From the NCBI GenBank assembly GCA_014879435.1, contig JACSSB010000220.1, positions 1-41,265 on the forward strand: a stretch of DNA of 41,265 bases. The letters run 5' to 3'. The notes under the pieces are model-generated. The model saw only the letters and a program-made list of their open reading frames with translations. It was not told where the DNA came from and did not search any database. Source of the DNA: Phycisphaerales bacterium. GTDB lineage: Bacteria; Pseudomonadota; Gammaproteobacteria; Competibacterales; Competibacteraceae. Shown here piece after piece: positions 40,039 through 41,265 of this stretch. Each line of letters begins with the position of its first letter. Position 1 is the first letter of the stretch. Made by a program: the position numbers and the translations under genes.

Positions 40039-41262
40039 ATGAATCCATTGTTCGCTCTCAAGGTTCGACCCGGACATCCAGATTTTCTGGATTTGCCGTG
40101 GACACAATCGATCGTCGAATGGCCCGATGAGCGTTTCGCCAATCTTCCACGTGGGCCTTCTCGGCATGAAGTACGTTTCGTGCCTTACGAGCAAGGTATC
40201 TATGTGATCAAGGAATTGCCCAGTGCCGCCGCCCGTCAGGATTACGAAGTATTACGGGCACTGGAAACTCGGGATGTGACTACCGCCATTCCGGTCGGTA
40301 TCGTTGAAAATCGCTATCCCGATCCAGGTGCCGAACGCTCGGCTGCCATCATCACCCGTTATCTGGAACATTCTTTTTCCTATCAGGAACTGTTACAGGA
40401 GCATGGCTTTGGCACCAGCCGCGAACAGATGCTCGATGCTTTTGCCGGTTTGCTGGTGGAGCTGCATCTGGCAGGCTGTTTTTGGGGGGATTGCTCACTG
40501 GCCAACGTCCTCTATCGCTACGATGCTGAGTCCATCGAGCCGATCATGATCGATGCCGAAACCTCGGTATTGCGCGAAATGCTATCCGATGGCCAGCGTG
40601 AGGAAGATCTGGAAATCATGATCATGAATGTCGCTGGTGGCATGGCCGACATTGCCGCTGCTCGCGATCTGTCCATCGACGAAGCCGATCTGATGCTGGG
40701 CGAAGATATTGCGGAACGCTATCGGAATCTGTGGCGAGAATTGACCGAAACCATGCTGATCGTGCCGGAAGAAGGTTTTAAGATCACGGATAAAATTCAG
40801 CGAATCAATGAGCTGGGTTTCGATGTCGATGAAGTGGATCTCATCCCGGCCGATGGCGGACGGCGCTTGCGGATGAAAGTCAAAGTGGGTGGCCGCAATT
40901 TCCATTCAGCCAGACTCCATCGCTTGACGGGCATCGAAGCCATGGAGCGTCAGGCCCGACAAGTGCTTTCGGATCTTCACTATTACCAGTATCAGGCCGG
41001 CGCCCGCACTATTACCGGCAAGGAAGTAGCCGCCGTGCAGTGGCGTGTCGGCATTTTCGAGCCGATGTTGGCGCGGTTGCGGGCGATGACCGACATTCAC
41101 GATCCTATTCAGGCTTACTGTGCGGTACTGCACCACCGCTATTTGAAATCCTGCGAACTGGGCCGCGATGTGGGAACGGAAACGGCTTTTCAGGACTGGT
41201 TAGCAGCCGGGCGACCCGACTACAGCCGTGCCACCGGGAATCACGCCCCTGCTGGGGCATAA
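40039..41262 (+). CDS. DUF4032-domain protein with protein-kinase-like (Kdo/WaaP-type) fold
   Basis: PDFLDLPW, SRHEVRFV, YVIKEL, LHLAGCFWGDCSLANVLYR, IDAETS, RINELGFDV, VLHHRY. Start at 40030 GTG or 40039 ATG. Confidence 0.8.
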   Translation: MNPLFALKVRPGHPDFLDLPWTQSIVEWPDERFANLPRGPSRHEVRFVPYEQGIYVIKELPSAAARQDYEVLRALETRDVTTAIPVGIVENRYPDPGAERSAAIITRYLEHSFSYQELLQEHGFGTSREQMLDAFAGLLVELHLAGCFWGDCSLANVLYRYDAESIEPIMIDAETSVLREMLSDGQREEDLEIMIMNVAGGMADIAAARDLSIDEADLMLGEDIAERYRNLWRELTETMLIVPEEGFKITDKIQRINELGFDVDEVDLIPADGGRRLRMKVKVGGRNFHSARLHRLTGIEAMERQARQVLSDLHYYQYQAGARTITGKEVAAVQWRVGIFEPMLARLRAMTDIHDPIQAYCAVLHHRYLKSCELGRDVGTETAFQDWLAAGRPDYSRATGNHAPAGA

Positions 41263-41265
41263 CTC

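Overview
Bacterial genomic window, probably proteobacterial (inferred from gene families only; host not identifiable). It has two parts. (1) 1-9296, minus strand: a tightly packed 7-gene operon with a TerY-P-like triad (TerY vWA, PP2C phosphatase, Ser/Thr kinase with Zn-ribbon and FHA-like tail). The triad is extended by a beta-helix/Ig-like protein with a Pro/Ser/Thr-rich tail and three tandem paralogous MIDAS-vWA proteins. A 3'-truncated transglutaminase-like gene, missing from the ORF track, follows. This is the best candidate for an undescribed conflict or stress-signalling system, and its kinase appears to have a WNK-like relocated catalytic lysine. (2) 9820-41262: a large carbohydrate-utilisation region. 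It holds a fructokinase divergent from amylosucrase + ScrY-like porin + lipoprotein; a polyol operon (SmoEFGK, ribitol DH, HAD, mannitol/arabitol DH, XylB, Tkt); OpgC, GntP and AlaX; a decayed sugar-binding-protein pseudogene; and a ThuEFGK-like ABC operon with a second binding protein, an aldo-keto reductase and a DUF4032 kinase-fold gene. Non-coding signals include several hairpins, a REP-like inverted purine/pyrimidine element, and a structured smoE-smoF spacer with anti-SD potential. No rRNA, tRNA, CRISPR array, transposase or transcription-factor gene was seen. All family calls come from motif recognition, not database searches.
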